Below, piece by piece: positions 46,869 through 57,901 of a stretch of DNA of 64,000 nucleotides. The DNA comes from Bacillota bacterium (GTDB lineage Bacteria; Bacillota_I; Bacilli_A; RF39; UBA660). Below the pieces are notes generated by a model. That model saw only the letters and a list, made by a program, of their open reading frames with translations. It was not told the DNA's origin and ran no database searches. Each line of letters begins with the position of its first letter. The stretch's first letter is position 1. The stretch is from the NCBI GenBank assembly GCA_015059495.1, contig SVAI01000001.1, positions 435,246 through 499,245 on the forward strand, read 5' to 3'. A program made the translations under genes and the position numbers.

Positions 46869-47396
46869 CTACTCTTGAATGTTTTCACAAACAGCATCTT
46901 TAAATTCAAAGTCTAATAACTTTAAAAATTTATTTAATGGATAATTATTATCATTACTAATATATACTGTTCCATTACCAGCAGTTATATCATATAATCT
47001 CCATGGTATTTCACCATCATATTCTTTCTTCACTTCTTCTAGTCTTTGAGCGCCTTGTAAACCAAATATAGGTAATAAATTATATTCGTATAATCCATGA
47101 TCTATAAGCGTTTTATTATACATGCAACTATTATCTCTACATGTACAATTATAAGAATATGTATTATAAGAACCATCTTTATATACTTCTATTTCATCAC
47201 TAAATTTTTTATCTTTAGAATACTTACTAAGAGTAAATATTAACCCTTCTTCATTACTTAAAGAATCAATTGTTAATTCTTGAGCATAAACTTCAACATA
47301 ATCTGTATTCTTATTTTCAAAATAATAATGATATACTAGAAAACCTAGTAAACAAACTAAAATAAAACATGCAATTAAAAATACTACTCTTCTCAT
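46869..47396 (-). CDS. hypothetical membrane-anchored protein (175 aa, Cys-rich)
   Basis: N-terminal TM anchor. No motif recognised. Confidence 0.4.
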   Translation of the reverse strand: MRRVVFLIACFILVCLLGFLVYHYYFENKNTDYVEVYAQELTIDSLSNEEGLIFTLSKYSKDKKFSDEIEVYKDGSYNTYSYNCTCRDNSCMYNKTLIDHGLYEYNLLPIFGLQGAQRLEEVKKEYDGEIPWRLYDITAGNGTVYISNDNNYPLNKFLKLLDFEFKDAVCENIQE

Positions 47397-47618
47397 AAAA
47401 ATCCTCTACTCTTAAAATAATTATATCAAAAAATAAAAGAAGGTCAATAGCCTTCTTTTAAAAGTATAGAGAGTGGTATATATATGAAAAAATTATATAT
47501 TTAAATCTTATTTATTCTTTTTATATTTTATTTATATTAAACTATCATTTCTCCTTTCATGATTAAAGTATAAAACTCCAATATGAAGTTAATGTGAAAA
47601 GAATATGAAAAAAATAAG

Positions 47619-48347
47619 TTAATTAATTAACTTATTTAAAAACTCTTTACTCTTTAAAAATAAACCTGTATATCTATCATAATAAGTATTAATAAAATTA
47701 TTTATTTCTCTAGATACAACATCACTTATCTTTATAGTACTAATAGTTTTAATATCTACTAAATAATACATTCTTATTAATTTAATAGTCTTCTTATCTA
47801 CTATTACTTGATTAGTATAACAATTCTTACAAATAAATCCTCCATCATCACCATCTATAGTAACAATATCTTCTTTATTACCACACTTAACACAACTATC
47901 TAAATTAAGTGATATTCCTAAATAATCTAAATACTTTAATTCTACTATATTAGTAATTATTAAAGGATTTAACTTATTATTAATCTTATCTAAAGCATTA
48001 ATTAATATATCAAATATATTACTATCATCATTTTGTTTAACTACTTGATAAGTTAAATCACAAAGATAAGCCATATAAGATATTAACTCTATATCTAATC
48101 TAATATTAGAATAACTATTAATAATATCTACATTAGAAAGTAAAGATAATTTATTTTCTTTATAATAAATATAAAAATAACCATAAGTATAAGAATTACA
48201 TGCTGCCCTTAAAGGAGACTTAACACTCTTACATCCCTTAGCAATAACCCCAATAAGACCATGTTCTCTAGTTAATACTTGAAGTATTCTACTAGATTCT
48301 TGATAATCACTAATACTTAATATTATTCCCTCTACTTTCTCTATCAT
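47619..48347 (-). CDS. recO: DNA repair protein RecO
   Basis: N-terminal OB-fold (VEGIILSISDYQESSRILQVLTREHGLIGVIAKG) and C-terminal zinc-finger cysteines (CVKCGNK...CKNC). Follows era. A terminator aagaagg-tcaatag-ccttctt lies downstream at about 47437-47460. Confidence 0.8.
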   Translation of the reverse strand: MIEKVEGIILSISDYQESSRILQVLTREHGLIGVIAKGCKSVKSPLRAACNSYTYGYFYIYYKENKLSLLSNVDIINSYSNIRLDIELISYMAYLCDLTYQVVKQNDDSNIFDILINALDKINNKLNPLIITNIVELKYLDYLGISLNLDSCVKCGNKEDIVTIDGDDGGFICKNCYTNQVIVDKKTIKLIRMYYLVDIKTISTIKISDVVSREINNFINTYYDRYTGLFLKSKEFLNKLIN

Positions 48348-48474
48348 AAATATTACTTCCTTTTCTTATACTTTAAATAATACTCTATTTTTCCTGTTTC
48401 TTCAAACAATTTCCAATATTTATCTTTCATAAAAAATCACCTCTCATTAATATAATGAGAGGTTTATTTATTTT

Positions 48475-49359
48475 TTATTCATTATCTAGTATTCCAAATT
48501 CTCTTAAAGATCTTTCTTTTTCTCTCCAGTTATCTACAGTCTTAACATATAACTCTAAATAAACCTTCTTACCAAGTAACTCTTCAATATCTTTTCTAGA
48601 TTCTTGACCTACTGTTTTAAGTAAAGAACCATCTTTACCAATAACTATCTTCTTTAAAGAATCTCTATCTACTATAATATCTACACCAATATTAGTAATA
48701 TTTTCTTTTTCTTCATAAGAAGTAGTAACACAAGTTATTGAATGAGGTACTTCTTGTTTTAAATACTTAAATAACTTTTCTCTAACATATTCACTTATCA
48801 TAAATTGTTTAGATAAATTAGTTACTTCATCATCATTAAAATATTTAACATTCTCAGGAATATACTTCTTAATAACACTAATTAATCTTTCAATATTATC
48901 ATTTTCTAAAGCAGATACAGGTACTATTTCAGCAAAAGAATATAAATCTTTATAAGTATCTATAGCTTTAAATATTTGTTCATTATTTAATTTATCTATT
49001 TTATTTAATACTAGTATAACAGGTACATCAACACTTTTTAAGGTATCAATAATCATCCTATCACCTTTACCAATACCTGCATAAGCATCAACTACAAATA
49101 ATATAACATCACTATCTTTATACATACCAGTAGCATGTTTATTTAAATATCTACCCATCTTATTAATTGCTTTATGAATACCTGGTGTATCTAAAAATAT
49201 TATTTGTGAATCATCATCATTATAAATACCTTGAATAACAATTCTAGTAGTACCTGATATTGGTGATGTAATAGCTAAATGACACTCTAAAATACTATTT
49301 AAAAGTGAAGATTTACCTACATTTGCTCTACCAATAATACTAACAAAACCACACTTCAT
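48475..49359 (-). CDS. era: GTPase Era
   Basis: G1 GRANVGKSS, G3 DTPG and G4 NKID motifs. C-terminal KH domain. Confidence 0.9.
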   Translation of the reverse strand: MKCGFVSIIGRANVGKSSLLNSILECHLAITSPISGTTRIVIQGIYNDDDSQIIFLDTPGIHKAINKMGRYLNKHATGMYKDSDVILFVVDAYAGIGKGDRMIIDTLKSVDVPVILVLNKIDKLNNEQIFKAIDTYKDLYSFAEIVPVSALENDNIERLISVIKKYIPENVKYFNDDEVTNLSKQFMISEYVREKLFKYLKQEVPHSITCVTTSYEEKENITNIGVDIIVDRDSLKKIVIGKDGSLLKTVGQESRKDIEELLGKKVYLELYVKTVDNWREKERSLREFGILDNE

Positions 49360-49369
49360 TAATTATCAC

Positions 49370-49807
49370 CTATCTTGTTATATTTAAGCTGTCTAATATT
49401 TCATCTTGTAAATCAAACATAACCTTTTCTTCTTCTTTATTGTTTACGTGATCATAACCAAGTAAATGAAGTAAACCATGACATACTAAAAAGGATAATT
49501 CTCTTTTTTCACTATGATTATACTCTTTAGCTTGTTCCTTCATCCTAGGAATACATAAATAAATATCTCCTAATATTCTATCTCCCACTAACTTTTCATC
49601 ATTATCTTCTAATGCAAAAGATATAACATCAGTAACTCTATCTATATTTCTATAAGTTCTATTAATCTCTTGTATTTCATCATTATCTACAAAAATAACA
49701 CTAAGATAAGCATCTGATGCATTCTCATGCTCTAATGTAGTTTTAATAACATCATTTAAATAATCATAATCTTTATATAAATTATTATCTACAATTTCAT
49801 AATTCAT
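49370..49807 (-). CDS. ybeY: rRNA maturation endoribonuclease YbeY
   Basis: HGLLHLLGYDH zinc-binding motif. Confidence 0.9.
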   Translation of the reverse strand: MNYEIVDNNLYKDYDYLNDVIKTTLEHENASDAYLSVIFVDNDEIQEINRTYRNIDRVTDVISFALEDNDEKLVGDRILGDIYLCIPRMKEQAKEYNHSEKRELSFLVCHGLLHLLGYDHVNNKEEEKVMFDLQDEILDSLNITR

Positions 49808-50433
49808 TATAGTTTAATTCCTCCACCTAAGTTATATAAATATAAAACAATAACGATTAATATTATAAAACATATAATATTATAAATAAAGTCTTTTTGT
49901 AAAAACTTAGGCAAATGAGTTCTAATAGCATTAAGTGCTACATAGATAAAATAACCTATCATACCACCTACTACATTTAATATAATATCATCTACATCAA
50001 AACTTCTACCTAATTTAACTTGTAATATTTCAACAGTTAAAGAAGTAATAAAACTAATAATAAATATTTGATATAAACTCTTACCATTAATATATCTAGT
50101 AACAAAATAACCATAAGGTACAAATAATAATATATTACCTAGTGTATTATATATAAACATCTTAGATCCAACAGGATATCTAAATATCTCTGAAAAAGGT
50201 ACTAAATTAATACCAGTACCACTATTATTTTCAGTACCAGTAAGTAATTCAAATAATAATAAAATATATACAATAAATAATAGATTTAAGAATTCTTCAT
50301 GAAAAGAAATCTTCTTACTACTATTTCTTAAAGCAAATATTCTAACAGCAACTAATACTACAATAAATATAGTTAATTGTGGCCAAATATTAAGTATAGT
50401 CTTATTTAAAGTATCTAAAAACATGATAGTCAA
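49807..50433 (-). CDS. VanZ-like membrane protein
   Basis: Polytopic, with C-terminal FDVDDIILNVVGGMIGYFIY (D.DD...N..G..G) VanZ-type motif. Confidence 0.45.
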   Translation of the reverse strand: MTIMFLDTLNKTILNIWPQLTIFIVVLVAVRIFALRNSSKKISFHEEFLNLLFIVYILLLFELLTGTENNSGTGINLVPFSEIFRYPVGSKMFIYNTLGNILLFVPYGYFVTRYINGKSLYQIFIISFITSLTVEILQVKLGRSFDVDDIILNVVGGMIGYFIYVALNAIRTHLPKFLQKDFIYNIICFIILIVIVLYLYNLGGGIKL

Positions 50434-50438
50434 CTCCC

Positions 50439-51548
50439 TTAATTGTTATATGTAATTTGCCTACTTATTATCTTCTCTATTATTACAAATAACTCTACTA
50501 TTATTCTACTATCATTTTCATCTTTTTTCAAAACTTTTTTACTAATTATTTTCTCATCATCACTTAAATTTAATTTTAACTTTTCTTCTACTAACTTATT
50601 AACCCTATTATCAAAATCACTATCTTCATAACTATATTCTTTATATTTATATTCCCTTTCTCTTAATAAATATAACTTTCTACCTAATATAGATATTATT
50701 TGATATCTATCTGTATCATAATTACTTAATCTACTTTTTAATATCTTATATTCTTTATTATTATCATATAATAAATTATATCTATACTTTTTAGTATATT
50801 CTTTTACCTTATATGTTTTAGGTAACTCTACACTAACACTATACCATTTTCTAGCATATACTTTACCTTGAGCACACACTCTAATACTATCTATATCATT
50901 TATTTTAATATCACCAGATATTAATAAATCTCCTTCTTTAACTATTTTATTTAATTTAGTTACAATAACCCCACTAGAAGATATAATCTTACTTATTTCT
51001 CCATCTGTGCTAGATACAACATCACAACTATTATATTTAATACTATTCTTAACATCTTTTCTTTCTTCTAAACTAATTTTATAAGTCATACCAATACTTT
51101 CTATTTCTATCCATTCTAATCTAGACTTATATTCTTCTAACATCTTATCTTTTATACTTTTTAATTCTTCATAACTCTTTTTAATACTTAATCTTTTAAT
51201 ATCATAACTATCTAAAGTATTACTAATATCTTTAACTAAATTAATATTATTAGATTCAATATTTATATCTAATATAATATTACTAATAAATAAAAAAGTA
51301 ATTATCCCAAGTATTACTATAATATAATTAACAATATTATTTTTAATACTATTTATAACATATTTAATATTATAATTCTTAATAACCTCTACTTTATAAT
51401 ATTTATTTAATATAGATAAATCATCATTATTAATATAACATGTAATATAATTATTATTATATTTTAAATCATATACATTAATATTATTAATAAATATAAT
51501 ATTAATAAAATCATCTATATCACACTTAATCTTAATTAGTATCTTCAT
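50439..51548 (-). CDS. sporulation protein YqfD-like
   Basis: 369 aa with a single TM (IIVILGIITFLFISNIIL). Its position immediately downstream of a YqfC-like gene and upstream of ybeY/era matches B. subtilis yqfC-yqfD synteny. Sequence evidence alone is weak. Confidence 0.45.
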   Translation of the reverse strand: MKILIKIKCDIDDFINIIFINNINVYDLKYNNNYITCYINNDDLSILNKYYKVEVIKNYNIKYVINSIKNNIVNYIIVILGIITFLFISNIILDINIESNNINLVKDISNTLDSYDIKRLSIKKSYEELKSIKDKMLEEYKSRLEWIEIESIGMTYKISLEERKDVKNSIKYNSCDVVSSTDGEISKIISSSGVIVTKLNKIVKEGDLLISGDIKINDIDSIRVCAQGKVYARKWYSVSVELPKTYKVKEYTKKYRYNLLYDNNKEYKILKSRLSNYDTDRYQIISILGRKLYLLREREYKYKEYSYEDSDFDNRVNKLVEEKLKLNLSDDEKIISKKVLKKDENDSRIIVELFVIIEKIISRQITYNN

Positions 51549-51792
51549 TAATAATTATTCTTTCTATATTACAAGTTAACTCTAATTCTTTATTTTCAGA
51601 TCTTATTAATTTAATGTTATTACCATTTATAATAACTTTCTTATTATTAAATAACACTACTAATTTAGTATCACTTATTTCATCAATAGATATAATATTA
51701 TATAAATATATCTTATTATCTAATACACATATAAAATTATGATTATCACATATAAAGTTTCTTATATTATTATATATATTCAATATAATCAC
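51532..51792 (-). CDS. YqfC-like sporulation protein
   Basis: 86 aa, overlaps the YqfD-like gene. Beta-rich pattern ...KLVVLFNNKKVIINGNNIKLI...ELELTCNIERIII is compatible with the YqfC family. Call is mainly by synteny. Confidence 0.4.
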   Translation of the reverse strand: MIILNIYNNIRNFICDNHNFICVLDNKIYLYNIISIDEISDTKLVVLFNNKKVIINGNNIKLIRSENKELELTCNIERIIINEDTN

Positions 51793-51819
51793 CTATAAAA
51801 TTATATGAAAAAAGATAGA

Positions 51820-52263
51820 CTATATTAGTCTATCTTTAATTAATTTACTTACTAAAGATTTATCAGCCTTAACACCAAATAATGTATTAGCTTCAGCCAT
51901 AAGTCTACCCATATCTTTAATAGATGTTGGATTAACTTTAGCAAATATTTCATCTAAACCTTTATTAATTTCGTCTTCACTTAATTCTTCAGGTAAATAT
52001 TTACTAACTAATTCTACTTCTCTTTTTAAGTCGTTAACGATATCATCTTTACCATACTTAGTATATTCTTCAATGTTATCTTTCTTTTGTTTAACAAACT
52101 TTTTTAAAGTATTAATTATTTCATCATCATTTAATTCATGATTAACTCTAATCTTTTCACTTTGTAAAGCATTCTTAGCCATTCTAAGTGTTGTTAAATT
52201 AGCTTTATCTTGATTCTTCATAAATGATACAATATCAGCATCAATATTTTTAACTATATCCAT
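51820..52263 (-). CDS. yqeY: GatB/YqeY domain protein
   Basis: 147 aa. IVSFMKNQDKANLTTLRMAKNALQSEKI... matches the YqeY family. Adjacent to rpsU as in Firmicutes. Confidence 0.8.
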   Translation of the reverse strand: MDIVKNIDADIVSFMKNQDKANLTTLRMAKNALQSEKIRVNHELNDDEIINTLKKFVKQKKDNIEEYTKYGKDDIVNDLKREVELVSKYLPEELSEDEINKGLDEIFAKVNPTSIKDMGRLMAEANTLFGVKADKSLVSKLIKDRLI

Positions 52264-52275
52264 ACTTTATTCACC

Positions 52276-52473
52276 CTAGTAATTTCTATTTCTTTTATTC
52301 TTTTTCTTTGCGTTTCTAGTCATTTCTTCTTTTTCTCTTCTTAATTTAACGCCTGGTTTTTCAGCATATCTTTTTTCTTTAAGTTTAGAAGGGACACCGC
52401 TCTTAGCAACACTAACTTTAAGTCTTCTTAAAGCTGCATCAATGTTACCATCTTTTACTGTAATTTTTGCCAT
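52276..52473 (-). CDS. rpsU: 30S ribosomal protein S21
   Basis: MAKITVKDGNIDAALRRLKVSVAKSGVPSKLKEKRYAEKPGVKLRREKEE... is a typical bS21. Confidence 0.9.
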   Translation of the reverse strand: MAKITVKDGNIDAALRRLKVSVAKSGVPSKLKEKRYAEKPGVKLRREKEEMTRNAKKKNKRNRNY

Positions 52474-52593
52474 TTAATTTCCCTCCCTTCTCGCAATTAC
52501 GTTTATTATAACACTCATTATTTTTATTGACAAGTTTTTTTACGTAATTTCTAGGGAAAGAATACATTTTAACAACATTTTATATCCATACTA

Positions 52594-54327
52594 TTATTTT
52601 TCAAATAACTCAGTCTTACATAACTGTTTATAGTACTTATTAGATTCAAACAATTTTTTGTGAGTTCCTGAATCAGATATTTTACCTTCTTCTAAAATAA
52701 ATATCTTATCACAATTAACTATAGTAGATAATCTATGAGCTATTATTATAATTGTATAATTACCTTTTAAATTATCAATAGCTTTTTGGATTTTTGATTG
52801 TGTTTCATTATCAAGTGCACTAGTTGCTTCATCAAAAAGTATTATTTTTGTGTCTTGAATTAATGCTCTAGCAATAGCAAGTCTTTGTCTTTGACCGCCA
52901 GACAAATTAACTCCACCTTCACCTACGACTGTATCATATTTATCAGGTAAAGTATTAATGTAATCACTTAAACACGCAAGTTCACAAGCTTTAGCAATTT
53001 CTTCATCACTAACATCATTCTTAACTAATTTTAAATTATCCCTAATAGACATATTAAATATATAAGGACTTTGACTAATTATAGTAATATTACCTCTTAT
53101 AGATTTTTCATCTAAATTATTAATATCTTTTCCATCGATTAAAATATTACCAGAATTAACATTATATAATTTATTAAGTAAATTAAATATAGTTGTCTTT
53201 CCAGATCCACTCTTACCAACTAATCCATAAGTTTTACCACTATTAATTTTTAAATTTAACCCATTTAATACTAAAGTATCATTATATCCAAATTTAACAT
53301 TTTTAAATTCAAAATTACCATCTATTTTTTTAATCTCATCTGTACCAAACTTTTCTTTCTTAAATTCTTTATTATTAACTATTGAGAAAACTCTATCAGA
53401 TGAAATATTAAAGTTCTTACACTCTTCTAATAACTCAGATACAATATCCATAAAATTAGTTAAAACAGTATTTCTATAATTATAAAGAGCAATAGCAACA
53501 GCAACAGTTAAAACATTATTTCTTATTAATGCAACTAATAATAATACTGAAGCAAATTCTAATATCATCTTAATATATCCAATAAATAAATTATAATTCA
53601 TATCAATATTTCTCATTTCAAAATTCTTTTCATTTTGAATTATAATTCTTTCATCAAGATTCTTCATAAAGCTTTCTTTAGCATAAAGCATTTTTATATC
53701 TCTAGCACCTCTAACAAGTTCACCTGTAAGGCCTGCTACTTTATCACTTTCTTTTCTAAACTCTCTATCTTTTTCTCCTACTTTTTCATTTTTAACATAA
53801 TTTAAAATTGTAAGTACTAACGATGCAATAAAATAATATAAGAACATATGATAATCTATTATAAGTATTGCTATAAAAGAACCAATAGCAGATAAGAATT
53901 TAATAATTATTACCATACCATTAGTAAATATCCTAGACATTTTTTCAGTATCATTTGTTAATCTTTGAATAAAAGTACCACTAGAATTAGAATCTAAAGT
54001 TTCTTGTTCTAAAGAAAGTATTTCTCTTCCTAAAGACATTTGAATACTTCTAACTGTACCTCTTCTAAATACTTGATTATGTTTTCTAATTAAAAGTATT
54101 TTAATATTTTCTATTGCATATACCCCTAAAATAATTAGTGACATATAAATAGCTTGTTCAAATTTAGAATCAGTAAAATTAATTATAAATTTAGCTGATA
54201 ATAAAGGTATACATATATTAGTAAATATTCCAAATAAACTAAATATAAATATTTTAACTAATGATGATTTATACTCTTTACCATATTTTTTATAAACTCT
54301 TTTTAAGTTACTAAACGTTTCTTTCAT
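52594..54327 (-). CDS. ABC transporter, fused permease/ATP-binding protein (exporter type)
   Basis: N-terminal 6-TM domain. Walker A GKSGSGKTT, signature LSGGQRQRLAIARAL, Walker B ILFDEATSALD. Confidence 0.85.
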   Translation of the reverse strand: MKETFSNLKRVYKKYGKEYKSSLVKIFIFSLFGIFTNICIPLLSAKFIINFTDSKFEQAIYMSLIILGVYAIENIKILLIRKHNQVFRRGTVRSIQMSLGREILSLEQETLDSNSSGTFIQRLTNDTEKMSRIFTNGMVIIIKFLSAIGSFIAILIIDYHMFLYYFIASLVLTILNYVKNEKVGEKDREFRKESDKVAGLTGELVRGARDIKMLYAKESFMKNLDERIIIQNEKNFEMRNIDMNYNLFIGYIKMILEFASVLLLVALIRNNVLTVAVAIALYNYRNTVLTNFMDIVSELLEECKNFNISSDRVFSIVNNKEFKKEKFGTDEIKKIDGNFEFKNVKFGYNDTLVLNGLNLKINSGKTYGLVGKSGSGKTTIFNLLNKLYNVNSGNILIDGKDINNLDEKSIRGNITIISQSPYIFNMSIRDNLKLVKNDVSDEEIAKACELACLSDYINTLPDKYDTVVGEGGVNLSGGQRQRLAIARALIQDTKIILFDEATSALDNETQSKIQKAIDNLKGNYTIIIIAHRLSTIVNCDKIFILEEGKISDSGTHKKLFESNKYYKQLCKTELFEK

Positions 54328-54358
54328 GTTTTGTTTTCCTAATTTCTTATACTATTAA

Positions 54359-55009
54359 CTACATACCTTTATACTCGGTATTATACCCATGATTTTCTTT
54401 AGGTCTCATATCATTTGGATACATAGTATCTGAATAAATATCAGTTTGTATTTTTTTAACTAAATCATATACTTTGTTATATTCAGAAATACTAGCAATT
54501 GTAATACCAGGCATAACAGCACCATTTGTACTTACTGCAGTAGTTGAAGATAAAACTATATCTCCTACACCAAACTTTTGATCAAAAAATCCTCTATGTA
54601 AATTAACATGTGATAATTCTGCAAAAGGTTTTCTATTAATAGTTCTAGATATAATACCACTTGATAAATAAACAGCTTTATCAGTAACAATATACGCAGT
54701 ATTTTTATATCTTCTTGAACTCATTATTACTCCACCTAAATATATCCAAACAGGCATCAAATGAAATAATAAGAACACAAGAATAAATGATCCACCAAAA
54801 AGTCCTATATCACTAGCACCAACACTTTTAACTGTATTTTCTACTGCAAAAAATGATTTAAAAAAGAATAAATCAAATAATCCCCAAACAATAGCAAAAG
54901 GTAATAATGGATTAAAAATACTTTCAAATATAAAACACTTTTTATTAGGTCTTCCTTCCCACATAATTCTTTCATCAGTTCCAACTGTTCTTCTTAATTC
55001 TTCTATCAT
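54359..55009 (-). CDS. membrane protein with bacterial PH (DUF304-like) domain
   Basis: The ERIMWEGRP start and two TM segments are followed by an about 100 aa beta-rich domain typical of YdbS/YdbT-like bPH proteins. Confidence 0.45.
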   Translation of the reverse strand: MIEELRRTVGTDERIMWEGRPNKKCFIFESIFNPLLPFAIVWGLFDLFFFKSFFAVENTVKSVGASDIGLFGGSFILVFLLFHLMPVWIYLGGVIMSSRRYKNTAYIVTDKAVYLSSGIISRTINRKPFAELSHVNLHRGFFDQKFGVGDIVLSSTTAVSTNGAVMPGITIASISEYNKVYDLVKKIQTDIYSDTMYPNDMRPKENHGYNTEYKGM

Positions 55010-55063
55010 ATATAATCCTCCATATTTTAAGTATACATAAAAAAACTAGTATAATCAATCAAA

Positions 55064-56467
55064 TTATACTAGTTTACCATCTAAAGAAAAACTCTTAGCA
55101 TCAGTAATTAAAACATCAACAATTTTACCGATAGTATCTATAGGTGCTTCAACATTAACTAATTTCATATCTTCAGTATATCCACATACTTTTCCTTCAC
55201 CTTTTTGAGATTTTTCAGTAACTAATACTTTAACTACTTTATTTAAATAAGTTTGATTCTTTTCATTAGAATATTTATTAACTAATTTATTTAATTCTTG
55301 TAATCTTGCTTCTTTAACTTCCTTACTTATAGAATCTTTCATCTTAGCAGCAGGTGTACCTACTCTTGGAGAATAAATAAAAGTAAATGCAGAATCATAC
55401 TTACATGTATTAACAACATCTAAAGTTTCTTTAAAATCTTCATCACTTTCATTTGGGAATCCTACAATTATATCAGTAGTAATAGCACATCCAGGAATTC
55501 TTTCTTTAATCTTATTGAATAACTCTAAATACTCTTCTTTAGTATATTTTCTACCCATAAGCTTTAATATTCTAGATGAACCTGCTTGTAATGGTAAATG
55601 AATATAAGGCATTATATTATCATATTTAGCTATTACATCAATCATTTCATCAGTAAAGTCCCATGGATGAGATGTAACAAATCTTAAACGTTCAATACCA
55701 CTCTTAGCAACCATCTCTAAAAGTTCAGCAAACGATACTTCACAATCCATATCTTTTCCATATGCATTAACATTTTGACCAAGTAATGTTATTTCCTTAT
55801 AACCCTTACTTATTAAATCTTCAACCTCATGCATAATATCTTTAGATTTTCTACTTCTTTGTTTACCTCTAGTATATGGAACAATACAATAAGTACAGAA
55901 CTTATCACATCCATACATTATATTAACCCAAGCACTTATCTTAGAATCTCTCTTATAAGGAACATTTTCATAAACATCCCCTTCTTTAGAGTATACTTCA
56001 ATATCTTGTTTATTCTTATGTTCAACAATTAAATTAGGTAATTCATGAATATTATGAGTTCCAAATACTATATCTACATATGGATGTTTTGTCTTTATTT
56101 CATCTACAACACTTTCTTCTTGTGCCATACATCCACATATGCAAATCATAAAATCCTTATCTTGTTCTTTTTTATGCTTACATCTACCTAAATATCCAAA
56201 TACTTTATCATGAGCATTTTCTCTAACAGCACATGTATTTAAAATAGCAATATCACTATCTTCTAACACTTCTGTTCTAGTTGCACCCATATTTTCTAAA
56301 TGAGCAGCTAATTCTTCAGAATCATGCACATTCATTTGACATCCATAAGTTTTTAAATAATATTTTTTATCTTTTAAAAAGTTAGAATATTCTTCATCAT
56401 TTAAATAAACATACTCTACTTCTTTATCAGTTCTTAATCTTTCCTCTTCATAATTAGGTAATTTCAT
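55064..56467 (-). CDS. miaB: tRNA-2-methylthio-N6-dimethylallyladenosine synthase
   Basis: N-terminal UPF0004 cysteines (YGCQMN...NTCAVRE...CGCMAQ), radical-SAM CDKFCTYCIVPYTRG, and a C-terminal TRAM domain. Confidence 0.9.
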   Translation of the reverse strand: MKLPNYEEERLRTDKEVEYVYLNDEEYSNFLKDKKYYLKTYGCQMNVHDSEELAAHLENMGATRTEVLEDSDIAILNTCAVRENAHDKVFGYLGRCKHKKEQDKDFMICICGCMAQEESVVDEIKTKHPYVDIVFGTHNIHELPNLIVEHKNKQDIEVYSKEGDVYENVPYKRDSKISAWVNIMYGCDKFCTYCIVPYTRGKQRSRKSKDIMHEVEDLISKGYKEITLLGQNVNAYGKDMDCEVSFAELLEMVAKSGIERLRFVTSHPWDFTDEMIDVIAKYDNIMPYIHLPLQAGSSRILKLMGRKYTKEEYLELFNKIKERIPGCAITTDIIVGFPNESDEDFKETLDVVNTCKYDSAFTFIYSPRVGTPAAKMKDSISKEVKEARLQELNKLVNKYSNEKNQTYLNKVVKVLVTEKSQKGEGKVCGYTEDMKLVNVEAPIDTIGKIVDVLITDAKSFSLDGKLV

Positions 56468-56533
56468 AATACCTCACCTCGACTTGCATAATTATATCAA
56501 AAAAGGTGCAATAATGCACCTATTATTTTATTA

Positions 56534-57832
56534 TTATTCTTCTACGTATGGTCTTAATATTTTAGAACGAGATGGATGTCTTAGTTTTCTTAAAGCTTTT
56601 GCTTCAATTTGTCTAATTCTTTCTCTTGTTACATTAAATATTTTACCAACTTCTTCTAAAGTTCTTGGATGTCCATCATTTAAACCAAATCTTAATGCAA
56701 GAACTTTTTGTTCTCTTTCAGTTAATGTACCTAATACTTCAATAATATCATTTCTCATTATATTATAAAATTGAGGTTCAATAAATAAATTATCATTATT
56801 ATCATCTGGTATGAAATCTGCTAAAGTACTATCATCTTCACTATCACCAACAGGTGTTGAAATAGATACAGGTTCTTGACTAATTCTATATATATCTCTT
56901 ACTTTTTCTACTGGCAATTTAGTCATTTCTGCTAATTCTTCCATACTTGGCTCTCTACCATGTTCAGTAACAAAATTACGTTCAATTCTTCCAACTTTAT
57001 TTATAGTTTCTACCATATGAACTGGAATTCTAATTGTTCTAGCTTGGTCAGCTATAGCTCTAGTAATTGCTTGTCTAATCCACCAAGTAGCATATGTAGA
57101 AAACTTAAACCCTTTAGATAAATCAAATTTATCTACAGCCTTCATTAAACCAATATTACCTTCTTCAATTAAATCTAAGAATAGCATACCTCTACCAATA
57201 TATCTTTTAGCAATACTTACAGTTAATTTTAAATTATGACTAGCAAATTCTTTTCTTTGTTCAGAAACAAGTTCTTCATATTTTTTCTTTTCTTCTAATA
57301 AAGATGGATCAACAACATTAATTTTATTATATAATTTTATTTCTTCATTAACATCTTCTAGCGCTTTCCTATAATTAACTAACAAAGCAAAAGCTTCAGC
57401 TTCTTGTTGAGCACTATATAAAGGAATTTTACCAATATCCTTTAAATACATTCTAACTGGATCAAAATCTGTAGCAGATTCATCATATTGTAATAAATCA
57501 AATTCTTTAAGTTCTTTTTCAATAGCCTCTTCTTCAGCATCAGAAAGTAGTGCTTTATCAGCATCTTCTTCTTCTTTTTTATTTAATATAGATATTAATT
57601 TATTTGTAGATGCATCTAATTCTTCATTAACATTTGATAATTTGTTAAGAATAGAATAAAAAGCATCATTACTATCAAGCAAATTATATACCAATGTCTT
57701 AGTTAATTTAATATTATTATCCTTCATAAATTTTAATATATTATTAACTAAAGCTAATAATTCCTTCTTTTTAGAAGGTATTTCTGCTATATTATTTTGT
57801 ATATATAAATTAATTTTTTCAATATCTGTCAT
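56534..57832 (-). CDS. RpoD-like (group 1/2) RNA polymerase sigma-70 factor, second copy
   Basis: Regions 1.2-4 present: [87 protein letters not shown] terminator aggtgca-ataa-tgcacct lies downstream at 56504-56522. Confidence 0.85.
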   Translation of the reverse strand: MTDIEKINLYIQNNIAEIPSKKKELLALVNNILKFMKDNNIKLTKTLVYNLLDSNDAFYSILNKLSNVNEELDASTNKLISILNKKEEEDADKALLSDAEEEAIEKELKEFDLLQYDESATDFDPVRMYLKDIGKIPLYSAQQEAEAFALLVNYRKALEDVNEEIKLYNKINVVDPSLLEEKKKYEELVSEQRKEFASHNLKLTVSIAKRYIGRGMLFLDLIEEGNIGLMKAVDKFDLSKGFKFSTYATWWIRQAITRAIADQARTIRIPVHMVETINKVGRIERNFVTEHGREPSMEELAEMTKLPVEKVRDIYRISQEPVSISTPVGDSEDDSTLADFIPDDNNDNLFIEPQFYNIMRNDIIEVLGTLTEREQKVLALRFGLNDGHPRTLEEVGKIFNVTRERIRQIEAKALRKLRHPSRSKILRPYVEE

Positions 57833-57901
57833 AAGTTCATCCCCTTACGAATTGCAAAATATTATAGCATTTAATCTATTTTTTTGCAAATTAAAAGACT
57901 A

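Noticed and set aside
50443-50631. 62 aa plus-strand ORF
   Set aside because: Antisense to the 3' end of the YqfD-like gene.
55829-56768. ORFs 55829-56032 (+) and 56484-56768 (+)
   Set aside because: Antisense to miaB and to the second sigma-70 gene respectively. The 56484 ORF spans the terminator hairpin.
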